A stretch of 63,607 nucleotides of DNA, filler included, from Perkinsus chesapeaki ATCC PRA-425 (GCA_013115145.1; 10 parts of 10 records of this genome joined end to end with filler, not necessarily neighbours in it); one strand, 5' to 3'; positions 1-13,153 are shown, counted from the whole stretch's first letter. Numbers and translations: made by a program. The notes: generated by a model not told the origin, from the sequence alone.

Positions 1-1001
1 GTACCCTCACACATTAGAGGTTGAACTAACGATGCCCATGGACCAGCCGCGCACTCCATTTGTAATAGTGACGGCGAGTCGCTCTCGGCGACTATGTCTC
101 CGCGGTACTACGGCCCACCCCACTTAAGAAGACGATGGGAGGTGGCCTCGTTAAAGTTGAACGGTCGAGCCCGTTATGGAGCCAGCAACGGTTATGCGGC
201 TAAGATATAAAATCTACCACTAGTCCTGAACAGGCACGACTAGTGCAATGTTTTACTTCCCAGGTCGGCGGCTCCCCGTGGGACATAGGAGGAGCATATT
301 CAAAGGTGAGCCGAGGGTGCCGTCACCGCCTCATCTGGGGTAACGCGATGGACGAATGCAAAGAGGGTCGATACAGTATATCTTTACTGAGGACAGCTAT
401 TCCTTGTCTTCTTATGATAGCTTTGGATTTTGCGTTAAAATCCAGAATTCAACCCATAGGTCGCCTCTATTAGAGGCTCATGGCGTCGGAGCATCGTCTG
501 GACCAATAGAATCTGCTTCCACTGTTCATTTCACGGTTACAAAAGATTCGTATCATGTCTGATCATCATGACTCTGGCTCTCTTACTGCACTAGGCAATG
601 CCTAGTAGGCATTACCGATTTTTGGCTCCAATCACGGCCGCTCCTCGAAGTCTTCTCATAGACAGCTGACACGAGTACGAGGCGCGTTTTCGACTGAGTG
701 AACGACTTATAGGGCCTCACTTTCGGTTCCCAGGAGCGACTTCTGGGAGGGTTGCCAGACTCGCTCAACCTAGCTTGAGACTCTCAGGTACGTAGGATAG
801 CTTGCCTTGAGTTCAGACTCTCAACATTAATCGCAAGGAGTCATATCTTGAGAGTTGCATTATCATGAATTTCGGTATTATTCAAGTTACCTAATTGACA
901 TAGACCATAAAGGCCGTGATTGGCAGCGCAAGTGATGGGCCTTAAGTGCAGCATACACGGCCTGGAGCAAAATCTCTATTGGTGTGAAGGGATTCGGGTT
1001 T

Positions 1002-1101
1002 NNNNNNNNNNNNNNNNNNNNNNNNNNNNNNNNNNNNNNNNNNNNTTAATTAATTAANNNNNNNNNNNNNNNNNNNNNNNNNNNNNNNNNNNNNNNNNNN
1101 N
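1002..1101. other. Artificial contig-joining linker (N44-TTAATTAATTAA-N44)
   Basis: Exactly 100 bp with a central 12-mer giving stops in all six frames; the same linker recurs nine times. Confidence 0.97.
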
Positions 1102-1899
1102 GTTCAAGGAGCTTGCACGGAGAAACTGATGCTCGGCCACTCCGCGCTGTGACGCTTAACGAGCGACGCATATAACGCCAAGACTGCGTACTCCCGGATT
1201 AATATGTTGCAAGCTTAAGCGGGGCCTAGGGGATCTCCAGAAGGGGTGAGCATACAGATGATAGAGGTTGGGATTAGAAGAAGAAGAATAGGGGATGATG
1301 CATCCCATGTACTCGCTATCTTCCTCACACTATATCAGTGGGTGCAGTTGCTTCATTGCTTCAGAAATGTACAACATCATTGGCTGGGTATTAATATCAT
1401 GCTTAGTGCTCGTGGAGTACTCCCTTGCCTCCCCTACGGTATGTCATTCTAGTGCCTGTTCCGGCGGGTTCTGTTTGCGCGAAGATGACAACTCTGGTGG
1501 CCTATGTTTCATCAACGGCAGAGTCAGTAAGTGCTTCTGTGAATGAGTAACTGTACCACCTCGCTGTTGTATCGTCCCAAAATGAGAATTTTGTGTCCTG
1601 TGAATTACCAGTCTCTGCTAGCAGAGCAGAGATACGCTTCGTAGAGCCATGGACACGATAAGTCTCTATAAGACTTTCGTTGCCAACCACAACATTTCAG
1701 CTTCGTCTCTGTATCGGACCTTTGTTGTGTTCATAGTCAATCTCAGTAATGTTAAACACCAAGCGTTCTGAGCTCTAAGACGTGCTTCCACAACTCCGGT
1801 AGTGATACATTGCTTTACGATTAGTTGAGAAAGCCAGCTTCGTAGCCTTATCCTATTTCCATTGTTACTAGAAGGTACTAATTCGTAAAGATTCCCTCT

Positions 1900-3547
1900 G
1901 GCTTACTCCTTCATCAGTGCATTCCAAAGTGCCGCTACCCGTCCTCTGCCCAGCAACCCACGATCCTTCAAACTCATACCTGAGTCGAAGGCTAGTTGAG
2001 ATGCAGTCAGCTCGTGGAGTTACTTATCAAGATACACGCAGGTGCCGCTGCCATTAGGCAGGTCATCTTTGAACTCGCCAACATATACCCTCGAAAGAGG
2101 GTTGCTCGGGGCGGTCCTGAGGATCCCGCTAGACATAACAAGTTGCATACACTTCAAGCGTAAGAGACCAACACAATTATCTTTAGAAACCAGCGGTCAG
2201 CGTTCCAGGGTATGTTTGACTGCCCACTGCGGGCAGCCCACAGCCCCATCACAGCGTGTGATCGAGCAAAAAAGCAACCTACCTGAGCTGGCCGTTACCA
2301 CAACGCTTATTATTCCGGTATTCACCAATGTACGTGTTACCCTCTGCATCAGTAAACCGCCCAACACCGTTCTTCATGCCGTTTTCTGAAATGAAAGAAA
2401 GCATTCATCAGATGGTGGATTAAAGTACAGTTGGATGATAAGCTTGGCGTAGTAGACACCGGCTGGTGGATAGAATGTGGCAAACCCAAGACCCCAAGAA
2501 CGAGATTGTCAGCTTACACTGGCAGCGCCTACTACTTACTGAACTCCCCTTCATAAACGTTCCTTTCCTTATCTACTAGACACCCGTTTCCATCATATCT
2601 ATTATTAGAAAAGTGTCCGCTATACTTTTCTCCCGTAGCCTTATGGGCGCTCCTAACAAAAAATCACTGCGAGATACATGCGCTTGCGCTCCCTCGAGCG
2701 CATAAATGACTGTAGATGTACCTGCCTTCACCTTCCCGCTTGTCATCCTTCCACTCTCCATCATAAACATAGCCACCATCCTCACACACTAGCTCACCCC
2801 AGCCATTACGGAGATCATTCGACCAGTTACCATCATATCTGACAGTGTCGATAATAATAATAGAGTGCATGGCCACAATGACACCTACACGATGTTCCTA
2901 GAGGGACACACATACCTCCCTCGACCATGCCGTTTACCGTGAAGCCATTGGCCGACGTACTAACAAAGGCGTTCAACAAAGACACCACACAAGTACACGG
3001 AGACATGCGCAGACACGGGCCAAGATATGGTACCGCGAAATTAGAAGCAGCAATTTGCTACTGTGCATTCCTTTCCGAGCTAAACACTGCTCAACGCCAC
3101 CAAGCGGGAGCACAGACTCAAACTAACATACCGAGCTTCTCACCTCGTCGCCGTTGTCCCACGTAGCGTATCCTTCTCCACTGCTAGACTGTCGCTTAAG
3201 TACAGCCTACAAAGCTGCATGAACTAACACAGTACATGTGGTCCTTACCTTAGCTGATCGGAAGCCTCCAGACTTGCCGCCAGTCTGCGGTGGCTCTCCC
3301 GTAGCACTAGCGACCATATTGGCTTCTCCTGTGTTCACCACGGAGTTCTTCCATGCCGATAACCGCTGTACATGAAGCGTCGCGCCGAGCACGATTCCGC
3401 AGTGCCTACCTGCCGCTGCCGCCATTTAGCATAATTATTCGTTTGCCTCCATCGGTCAGCGAAGGTCTTATCTCCACTAGTTGATGATGGTAGCTTATAA
3501 AGGGCCGCTGCCTGGGCTTGCAGCCATCCTAGCCAGTAGCTCTGCAT
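1900..3547 (-). CDS. Multi-exon MORN-repeat protein (ends approximate; the gene probably extends upstream, possibly to ~5600)
   Basis: Spliced reading gives GEGYATWDNGDE|YVGQWLHGKRHGRGR, YDGNWSNDLRNGWGEL, YDGEWKDDKREGEGR, YVGEFKDDLPNGSGTC, YEFEGSWVAGQRTGSGTL; short GT-AG introns. Confidence 0.8.
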
Positions 3548-4266
3548 CTCACCTAAGACACGACTTCAAACGAAGAGAAGTGAGAAAATGGACTGAATTA
3601 ATAAATGAAGTGAAGCCTCCACCGTCAGTAAGGGAATTTTTCGGATATCATTGTCAAGAATCCGTTCGGCATTTTACGGAAATCTACCTAAAGTTTTGCT
3701 AATGAAACGAGATGTAGGCATTCAAGACGCGCGCTCCCTTCCGGAGGGCAGGTAGGCGCATAATGTAACCTAGAGCCGCCTTGTTGTTATTGAGCTATAG
3801 TGAGTTCATAACTAACTGTATCTGTCTTGGCTTGAGCTTCCCTCTCTGCGTTCCGCTAACCAATGGCGGCTGCCACGTATCCACGCTCTCCAACATCGTG
3901 GAGGATTTTCCCCCAAGCTGCACTCATTGGCAGCAGTGAGAAGGTGATAATTCGCCCCGAATCGCAGCGACAATGTTTTGGCCGTCTCAGCTGGAACTGC
4001 CCGCAAAACCCGTCTCTTTCGCGCCACCCTTACCAGACTGAATGTCTATGCTTATAGTTAAGAGCTACGAAGTTTATAATTTATAATGAGACCTCAGACA
4101 GATAAAAATGCTCGGGCAAACTTCCCTACCTATTATCGCATCGGTTGCCTTAGTTACTGCCGACATCTCACTTGCCACATCAACTTCCTCGCTCGCTCCT
4201 AATACCAGCATACTCTAAGCAGCCTAAGCTTTGCCCCACCTTGGGCTGCATCTCCCCCAGATGACA

Positions 4267-5604
4267 CTAACGCACCACTGCTGCCTTCAGACTAACAACG
4301 GATGAATATTGCCGAACCAGTCGCCGACACCTACTCACCTCCTCGGAAGTGTCACTTTCACTATCGCTAGATTCATCTTCATCATCAACGCCAATGGGCG
4401 GCTCGAGAGATACCGGCACTTCACAGACATCATCGACCGCTGGGGCCTTGCCACCTATCTCGCAATGATCTGTGGGCCGCGGAAGTGGCACCCCGTTTAC
4501 TTTGGTTATCGGGACCTTCCTTGTCCGAGCCCAAGTTTATGTCGGTGAGGTTGTCCCGAACCCTGCTGCTCTCATGAACGTAGCTCCCCAACACACTCGA
4601 GGAAGCAGAATCTGCGCACCGCGAAGAAAAAAGATACTCCCACCGTTGATCGCCAAACTCACCCTTGTGTCGATGGCGACGTCGCAGGCCCTTCCTCTTC
4701 AGAGAGGAAACTCTGACATCCGCCAACCTGAGTAGAGTCTTCATCAACTTCTTCTCATCTTTGTCGAGTTTAAGGAACTTCATTAGCTCCTTCGCGCTAT
4801 CCACAGCGGCCTTATTGGTCCTGATTACAACTAGGAATACCTCAGGCAGGCCGCCACTTACGCAACAGATTTCTTGTCCATGTCAACTACCAGATCGGCT
4901 TGAAGACTCCGATGAGATAATAACAGCGAGTTGCTCGTACCAATCAGGAAGCCTCGGCACTGAAAAGCATCTATCCAGAAGGTTAAAAGAAGAACCAAAT
5001 AGCGAGGTGAGTTGGCCGACTGATCAACTGCAATTTACGTCATATTGCTGTCTAACTCTACCATTTACTTCATCGATACCTCCTCGCTATTGTCCTCTGT
5101 AATGAGCTACCTCCTATGATTAAGCCAAGCAAAACACCAAGCATGTCAGGACCCTGCAAAACCCATCACACTTCGTAGATTACTCATCAAGACGGTCAAC
5201 ATGGTTATTCTCCGAAGACCAGAGGAGTTCTAACGCACACGGGCATGATAGGTTTTATGAAGGGGTCACTGGGTTTACGAAGAAACCACTTTTGCCCAAC
5301 ACTTTGCAGCTCCCATCCACGCGCATAAAGTTCCATCCTCCTTGCTTTATCGGCGTTGTTGCTCACCTGGTACAAGTCATCCATGAGCTCCAATGAGACG
5401 TATGTATACACTGGGCATCTAGAGTTGAATAAACACAAGGGTAAACCATGCCGCTTTAGTGTGTAGGATTGTGCACCGAAACCAGGACTGAAAAGGCAAG
5501 GCAGGAATAGACTTCAAATAGAATGTCATCACGTCACATATACGACGATTCAAAGGATGTACAGTAACTATCAAGTCACATACCGACACTTGATGGTGCC
5601 GCAT
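4267..5604 (-). CDS. Exons of a hypothetical protein (basic/acidic low-complexity; may be the 5' part of the MORN gene)
   Basis: Successive minus-strand ORF segments at 4267-4491, 4430-4804, 5205-5438 and 5419-5610 with plausible splice sites; no family recognised. Confidence 0.35.
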
Positions 5605-5679
5605 CACCATTGCTCTTCAAGCGAATAAGAAGTAGCTAAATCTATCGTATATTTGGGCTCGTAAAAAATGTAAATACAA

Positions 5680-7758
5680 ATGTACAGTGACAGTCCAAGA
5701 TCGATTACTTTCCAAACTCTCGCAGCGGTAGGATTCTTTACCGTAACATGGAGCATGACTTATTCTTTGCCACTAATCTATATGAACTCTAATTCCATTC
5801 GCAGATGCGTTAACATGCTCCAATGACGTCTCATACCTGTTAAATCCAAGGTAGTTCTGTCCAGGCGGCAGACATGCTAGTATCGCCAGTACCGCACTCG
5901 ATGCCACTCGTGCCTTCGACGAGTACACTATAACTCTTCGCTCCAGCAGAACCGCCTAACCATACGTAGTCATGACTCATGAGTTAGGCGGAGCGATGCA
6001 GGTGCAAAGTTTAGCAGTTAGAACCTTACTGGTAATGCAACCATTCAGTATTTATACCTCACAGGCGATGATTTCGTGGGAGAAAGAATTGGCCACGTAG
6101 GTGACCATATTATATAATTTGGATGAGCTAATCTACATAGGCGCTTCTAAGTGGCACAAAGCCCATGTCGCGAGCTACCAAGCATTTTCAAGCTCCCGAT
6201 GCATTCGCGGTGCAAGTCGATCTGGGGCGCTACTTGCTCTCACCTTGACGATCCACCACAGCTTATCCTCGAGTTTTCGAATCAAAGACACCACATCGAC
6301 ACCCCTGTGTAGCTCATATGGACCTGAAAGAGCAATAAATGGGCGACAAGAACTGTAAACGCTGATTATTTATTCCGTTCAAGTTGAGAGGTGTTCTATA
6401 GAACGCCGAAGGAGAAGGCTCCGCTACGCGGGTGACGAGACTTCCCCCATGCCGAGAGCTGCTAAGCTCCTCTGAACTCTGCTCACTCATGTCCTGGCTA
6501 CTGTACCGTACAGTCTGTACGTCACATAAACATTTAAGTGACACTAAGATGATCGACTGTCTTCGGCGATTTAAAGCCGTCCTTTTTAACAAGCTTACCC
6601 AGATTTTGCCACTGTGTAGTGCGATTGAGCTGCTCTATCATTGCCCGAAGTATCGCTACATTTTCAAAGTCCATTTGCTAACAAAAACTGTATTGTCCTT
6701 CACACGTTTATATGACGCCTTACTTGGAAGTATGAAACAACTATGCTGTCCGAGCGCTGAAGTAGATTACCAAAGAAGGGCGCCTTGGAGATGATCACCA
6801 CCGCTTTCTAAGGACGATGTGCGCATACGTTCATACCGTATTTCCGTCAACTTACCTGCACATAGCCTCTCGTGACGTCCTTATCCTTGTGCGCCAGCTG
6901 ATTAGCCGGCACTCTATAAAATATAGAAACCCCAAACATGAGTTCTGAGCGAAGCAGGGTACGAATTATGTGGCGCGCGGTAAATTACCCTCGCAATGCG
7001 CAGGCAGCACCATATATACAAAATCAGGCCTGACAAATAAAAAAATGCACCCGCCAGGGATCGAACACATGGCCTCCCGATTACTTGTTGCTATGTGCGC
7101 CATCGGGTAAGGCTAACATCGGTATCCAAGGCAGTACGGATGCCAAGTCCGTCTTAACTGATGCTGGATCCTTATCGAAGTTGATCCTTGTATAGGAGTC
7201 TACACTAGGGTAGCTAGACAGAGCTATCCTATTAGCAGCGTTCGAACTGAACTCCACTAATGATGTACCTGACGACTATCGTAGTACAATCATTTTGATT
7301 GATATTCATTCAATACAATATTGATGCCAATGAGTTGTTCATTATGAATAAATACCGCTGTTTGATTTTAGATACTTTACCATTTTAGTAGGTGGAGCAC
7401 CCAAGGTGATGCTACATGCGGGAGCAGTTCTCCTGTTCAGCCTATTAGTAAATATCCTCCAAGAGTGATGAGGATGTCCGATAGCGATTTAAGCCAGTTA
7501 CTCAGACAACATATTGTGCGCTTTGCATTTTCCTCCCAAAGAGACGATAAATCAAGAGCAACTACAATCCAGCGCAGCCTCGAGGGCGTGTATACAGAAC
7601 TGCGAGGAATTTTCGAGCAGCAGAATTCCCAGGAATCGCTAATGACTCCTTCGCTTACAGTCATCCTCGCTGATCTCTGGAGCATAAACGTATTCAATAC
7701 ATGGACCATGATAGTGGTGGAAGTTTACAACCTAAGAAGACTCTTGTCGCAAAAGTAA
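5680..7758 (+). CDS. Probable intron-rich hypothetical gene
   Basis: Series of short plus-strand open segments bounded by AG/GT (e.g. VQSLAVRTLL|AMISWEKELAT, ORF 7465-7758); no homology recognised. Confidence 0.25.
7046..7143 (-). pseudogene. Degenerate tRNA-like sequence (Thr-AGT-like 3' half)
   Basis: Minus strand reads AGTAATCGGGAGGCCATGTGTTCGATCCCTGGCGGGTGCA followed by T7; T-loop TTCGATC; GCATCCG at 7143-7137 can pair with CGGGTGC; D-arm and T-stem are non-canonical. Confidence 0.5.
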
Positions 7759-8706
7759 GAATATATCATTGCATTCCAGTTCGATCCGCACAACACTCAA
7801 GTATCAGTATCTTTATCGATAGGCTATATACTTCAGAAATTCGACGAGTATCGTACTGGATGTTAGACCGCTGAGAAGTTCCCCGTAAAGGCGTCTGCAA
7901 GACGATCGTGACCTCCTACGATAGTGGAAAGACTAGGAAACCTCTACCCGATTTCGTGTCATTTTTCCGAAGTGCCGTTCGACGTCAGTACTACTGACTC
8001 AGTAGTTCACCAAAATTCCGAGCTCTGATGGGCTACCAGAGCTATCAGTGATAGGGCAGTGACTTCCGCACATGTCAGCTCCCGCGGACGACCTGGATCG
8101 TGCAGATGGATGGGCAGCGTCAGATAACGACATTTTCGTTGAAAACGACTCGTTATCTGTCGTGGAACTCCACGAACGCTGACCACAGCTAAGTCGTTAC
8201 CAAGTCGTTTACTGTGTCCGGCGGGCACGGTAACTCACGCCATGAATTATGGCCCATAATCTGGCGTTTCACGCGGGCGTGTGCTTTAGGGCTACAATAA
8301 TATGTCTTTCAGAAACCTCGCGACGACGGAGTACGACTTCCCGGACTACGCTGATACGTCCGACGTACCCTTCGTTCTTGAGCCTAGTGGAGAAATTCAA
8401 GTGTTTTACTCTCGTCTCGCAGCCAGAAGTCTACCGGACTCGTCCCCATGACAATCATATCTCAAGTCCCGCAGCTGCAGTTCGAGTAGAGCTTCGAGGG
8501 GCCCAGCCCCGGATAAGCACTTTTCTGGCGAAACGCTGTCATTCAGAAAACCCACCACGCCAGGTGCCCGCACTTCTCATGGGAAAGTGTTAGAGTGACT
8601 TTTTCGACTCACGACACAGTCAGGCACAGATCGGAAAATTCCACAAAGAGCTCGCACCTGGGATATGATCGAATTCCGGATGACTGGCATGGATAGCGTT
8701 GCCCCT

Positions 8707-8826
8707 GCTCTAGCATCTCGCTTCCAGGTCTACGGCGTAGACCAGGACGCTCTAGCAGGACGTTCTAGCAGGATCCGAGATGCTAGAGCTTTTACGGCGT
8801 AGAGTCTACGCCGTAAACGGCGTAAA
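8707..8826. repeat. Cluster of nested inverted repeats / palindromes
   Basis: 14-bp perfect IR (8707-8720/8776-8789) enclosing a 7-bp hairpin (8727-8743); 13-bp palindrome arms with a 1-nt centre (8791-8817). Confidence 0.85.
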
Positions 8827-11183
8827 GGTGTAGTTACACCTCCTCGCTTCCATTGTAAATTGCTGGGAGAGCGGTGTAATAGAAGTCACTAAGTGGCAGG
8901 AGTGTCATCTGATCGGATGAGTACCGAGGTACTCTCGATGGCCCTGACGGATTTTCTCATTGATGAAGTTCGTTATTATTTTCCTATTCCTGAATGACGC
9001 TGAATTCTAGAAGTACAGGAGCCGGGACCGATCCAGGACACACACCGATGGACACACCACACGGGATATGCTATCGTCTCCCCCTTACTCCCTAACCAAT
9101 GTTGGATGAAAATGATGGGAGCAACAGTTTCCTCACATGTTCTCCAACATTGGTTCGGGGGGCAAGGGGGGAGAACTAAATGGTCGAGTCCGAGCATCGA
9201 ACGCTTCTCCGTCTGGTCAACTGACAAGACTGCCATTATCCAAACTGCCAAGTAACTGCAAAATCGTGAGGTTCCAGTATTCAATATTCCGGAAGGAGAG
9301 CATTCTGCTTTCAAGCCTCTACTTGCCTCTTACGCAGATAAGATGTCTGCAAAGTTTGCACTAATCAATGTGCCTGAGGGTTAGGGATTCATTGTGCCTG
9401 GAGATTCGTGTTGCTGCTGAACTTGGCCTTTTGAGAAGGCCCTCCTCAATAACACGGACGGTCCATTATGGGACATCCACAATGGGGGTGTTGAACCAAG
9501 AAGCGCGTTATCACGACCTCTCCCTTAATACTTGGCAATTGTCCCTCGAGATGATTACTAAAAATTTAGAGTCCGATGGCATCAACCCGTAGAGTCCGCT
9601 GCGTGGACTATTTCTACGCTTGGTTCCAACTTGAAATCCGAAAGTTCTTTCATCTAAAGAACTTTGAGAATTGCTGAAAGCAACTTCTAGCTCTCTAAGA
9701 GCCCCCTGCTAATAGCCACCGAGTAACATCGCACATTATGTGCCGCAGGCCACACATAGCAGGTGCTGTGTGCGGCTCGTCAACCTCTGCTCAACATCTA
9801 CAGAGGAACGGCACTTCAAAGTTCATAAAGTGCGGAAAAACTCCGCAGAAAAACTATCTTGAAGTCCACAATTCTGTCGCTACTCGGCAAACTTAAGTAT
9901 AAGCCGGAAGGTCGCATCTGATGCCGGTGATTCAAGGGCACCACCGCTTACCGCAACAGCAGCTATTGCATTTCCATGAACAGTCGGATCGTAGAGATAG
10001 TCTTCCGCAGTGCTGGAGGACTGAAGAAGGAAAGCAGCTCAGCTACAGTGGACAACGCTCCGCGTCTTGACTCGGAAGAGCTATGCAACTCATAAGAAGG
10101 TGGTCGCTTCGAACTGTATGATTTTTCCAAGCGATTAATCGATTCATACGATAGTTCATCTCATGAACTTCGTTAGAAGGCTACTCAAATGAAGCTCGAG
10201 AAGGCTTTTTCCAACTTCGAAGAAGCTGATCTATGGCTGCCCATTCCAAACTAGCGATATACACACATGTTTAACTCAGCATTTCCTGGTAAGAAACAGT
10301 AAGATTGAACCCTGAGGAAAGTCTTCAGTGAACTCACCACTGATTCCGTCATCATTCCACCACTGTCCAAGCCACCTCTGTGTCGGTGCTTTCCTCGATG
10401 ACCATTTGCATACACTATCTTCCTAGCATTCGCTGAGCCACCTCGGCTTCCTTCTATTAATGCTTTAACCATGGCGTAGCTGCCAGACATTCGACTCCTC
10501 AGATTCCGCTCGTCCACTCACCCCTGGTCATCCTCGGCATTTGCTGCATTGTTAATAACGTCCTCATCATCATCTTCATCGCTACCGATTTCATATATAG
10601 TAGGCTGACTCGTGCCTACACCATCAATCCTCTGATTTGCGGCCGTACCACGACTACTGTTACCCGTCCTGTCACGGAGGAGCAAAGGATCGATGTCCTC
10701 CCCGGCGATCGGTGATCCTAAAATGAAGAGAATGAAACAGTGTAGCTTAGTAAGGTCGCTGTAAATCTGAAGTAAAATATTTATAAAATTAGTAATAAAT
10801 TAGTAGTAATAATATCAGCCTAATATCCACGGTCTTGCTTAGCTGTACTCAGTCCCAGCAGCGTGTTGGCAACACGATGCCAATGCTCTTCAGCATGCTC
10901 TGAGAGCACTGCTCTCAAGCTCGGCGAGATTTGTCGAATCTTATATGAGGGCTATAGGATATAACTTATAGAAAATGCATCCAGGTCCAGAGCTTTAAAT
11001 GCGATAGGAGAATCGCAGAAACTTCGCACTCTGACGGAGACCACAACATGTGTGACAATCGGATTTCATACCAGCAAAGGAATACTAGCCTACCTGACGA
11101 TGAAGAGCCATCAGAAGAGCTCTTATCGAATCTACGCTTCACAGAGTTCTTCAACTGTTTGAACATTCAATAAGTATATGCAG

Positions 11184-11283
11184 NNNNNNNNNNNNNNNNN
11201 NNNNNNNNNNNNNNNNNNNNNNNNNNNTTAATTAATTAANNNNNNNNNNNNNNNNNNNNNNNNNNNNNNNNNNNNNNNNNNNN
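11184..11283. other. Artificial contig-joining linker
   Basis: N44-TTAATTAATTAA-N44. Confidence 0.97.
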
Positions 11284-12532
11284 TAATATATTCAATTATT
11301 TATATCTAATTGGTTAAAAAACTATCGTTATATTCATATTTTATCTATATGCCCTGTATTATCTATATCTATTCATATCTAATATATTAATCTATAATAA
11401 TATATATTGGTACCTAGTAATATTAATATTATAAATACCTAGGTAATATCAATATTAGGATATAATATAAATACAATATATTAGTTATAAATAAACTAGG
11501 TATACATTATATCTCATATTATATGATAATCTATAGTAATAATATATGTAAATATATGAATTAACCTATTTTATCTCACTAGATCTATTATAGACTTTTA
11601 ACCCAGTAGATTTATTATATATGGTAATGAGACCTAATAATTTATATAAATATCTGTATTTTTATCTATTGTATTCCTAATATATATTATACTTTATATA
11701 GATATCTTATAATACTATAATATATGATATTAATATACACTAGATATATAGTAAATATTAGCTATTCTTAATATATAGATTTATATATCCCCTGTTAATA
11801 TTTAATTATTTATTTATATATCTAAGGGCAGGTATTTATATATTATTTATGCCTTTGTTAATATTATAATTAATTGATATAAATATCAATACAAAGGCAT
11901 TCTCATTACTAATATATTATATCTTATCTGTATTTATCTATTATTAATAAATTATATCATTATATTAGATTTATAGCATGCACTAACATATATTATATTA
12001 TTTAATAAAGTGCATGCATATTATATATTTAATAGTTTAATAAATATCATATATACAGATAATATATTCTATAATAATATATTTAGTATTTATTGCTATA
12101 TTTATAGTATTAATTTATATTTAAATATGTATATTAGTCTATAATAATATATATATAATCCCTAGCATATAATAAATATAATATATTAAATAGTAGTTAT
12201 TCTTATAATAAGGTAATAATAATCTGTATAATATAGTAATATTAATAATTAAATATAGTCTATAATAATATATAGTATATGTTATAGTAAATATCAATAA
12301 TATTATAAGTAATAAGATAACCTAGTCTAAATATAATATTAATATTATTATGATAAATTAGATATATTTATTTTATTATTAGTAGTTCTGGTTTATATTC
12401 TATATTATATATGATTAGTTCTAAGGATATTATTATATAAATAAAGATATACCAATATATTAGATATGTTATTATACAATTATATATTATATTATATATT
12501 ACTACAGATACAGATATATATTTAATAGATTA
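11284..12532. other. Extremely AT-rich contig, possibly mitochondrial non-coding DNA or a NUMT
   Basis: 7-11 G+C per 60 nt on sampled lines (about 14%); no ORFs; short GC-containing inverted repeats; no cox/cob/rRNA motif recognised. Confidence 0.4.
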
Positions 12533-12632
12533 NNNNNNNNNNNNNNNNNNNNNNNNNNNNNNNNNNNNNNNNNNNNTTAATTAATTAANNNNNNNNNNNN
12601 NNNNNNNNNNNNNNNNNNNNNNNNNNNNNNNN
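12533..12632. other. Artificial contig-joining linker
   Basis: N44-TTAATTAATTAA-N44. Confidence 0.97.
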
Positions 12633-12702
12633 CAACTTTTGGAGTGTGTTCGGGTTTCGGGTTTGAGTATTCCTCCCGCACTCCCGTGTTCGATGGGATT
12701 TT

Positions 12703-12774
12703 ACGGTAAAAAACCCTTGTAGAATCTACAAGGGTTTTTTTACCGTGAAAAAGAAAGAATCTACAATGTAGATT
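12703..12774. repeat. Long near-perfect palindrome followed by a short one
   Basis: ACGGTAAAAAACCCTTGTAGA-A-TCTACAAGGGTTTTTTTACCGT (one extra T), then AATCTACA-A-TGTAGATT. Confidence 0.85.
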
Positions 12775-13153
12775 GGGCCCTTCTGTTATGTTGCTTGTTG
12801 GTGTCATGAGTAATATGAGTATGCGTGGGAGTTCGTCCGCAGTATTCAGTAGTATCATACCTTGAGAGATATGAGGGCTTCTCTGGTCTCATACTACTAG
12901 TATGAGAGTCCGGTGGTGACGCCACCACGATTGTGACCGTTTGGATGTCACAGTGTATATGCGTGCATTTGCGCATCGTATGCACCGTCATCTGAAGAGG
13001 CAGCTTCTACTTGTCTCTCGTATTCCGGTAGCATTCGGGTGGCTCGAGTCTTTGGGTGACTCCCCTCGTCGTTGCTTATGCAGCATGAGTCATACCGGTA
13101 AAGAGTGTAGGTCATTTCAGCCTCGGTCTTTTGTTTTTTACTGATATTCGACA

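Noticed and set aside
1-1001. Short ORFs in contig 1
   Set aside because: No recognisable motif; cannot be distinguished from spurious ORFs
7003-7024. GGCAGCACCATATATACAAAAT resembles the 5' part of U6 snRNA
   Set aside because: Needs indels to align, and the invariant ACAGAGA box and the rest of U6 are absent
8728-8736. GTCTACGGC resembles the start of 5S rRNA
   Set aside because: Only 9 nt match; nothing downstream fits 5S
12650-12664. TTCGGGTTTCGGGTTT telomere-like motif near a contig start
   Set aside because: Only two units and not terminal
12758-12774. ATCTAC-AAT-GTAGAT resembles a Cas12a repeat stem
   Set aside because: Single copy, no spacers, no cas genes, eukaryotic context
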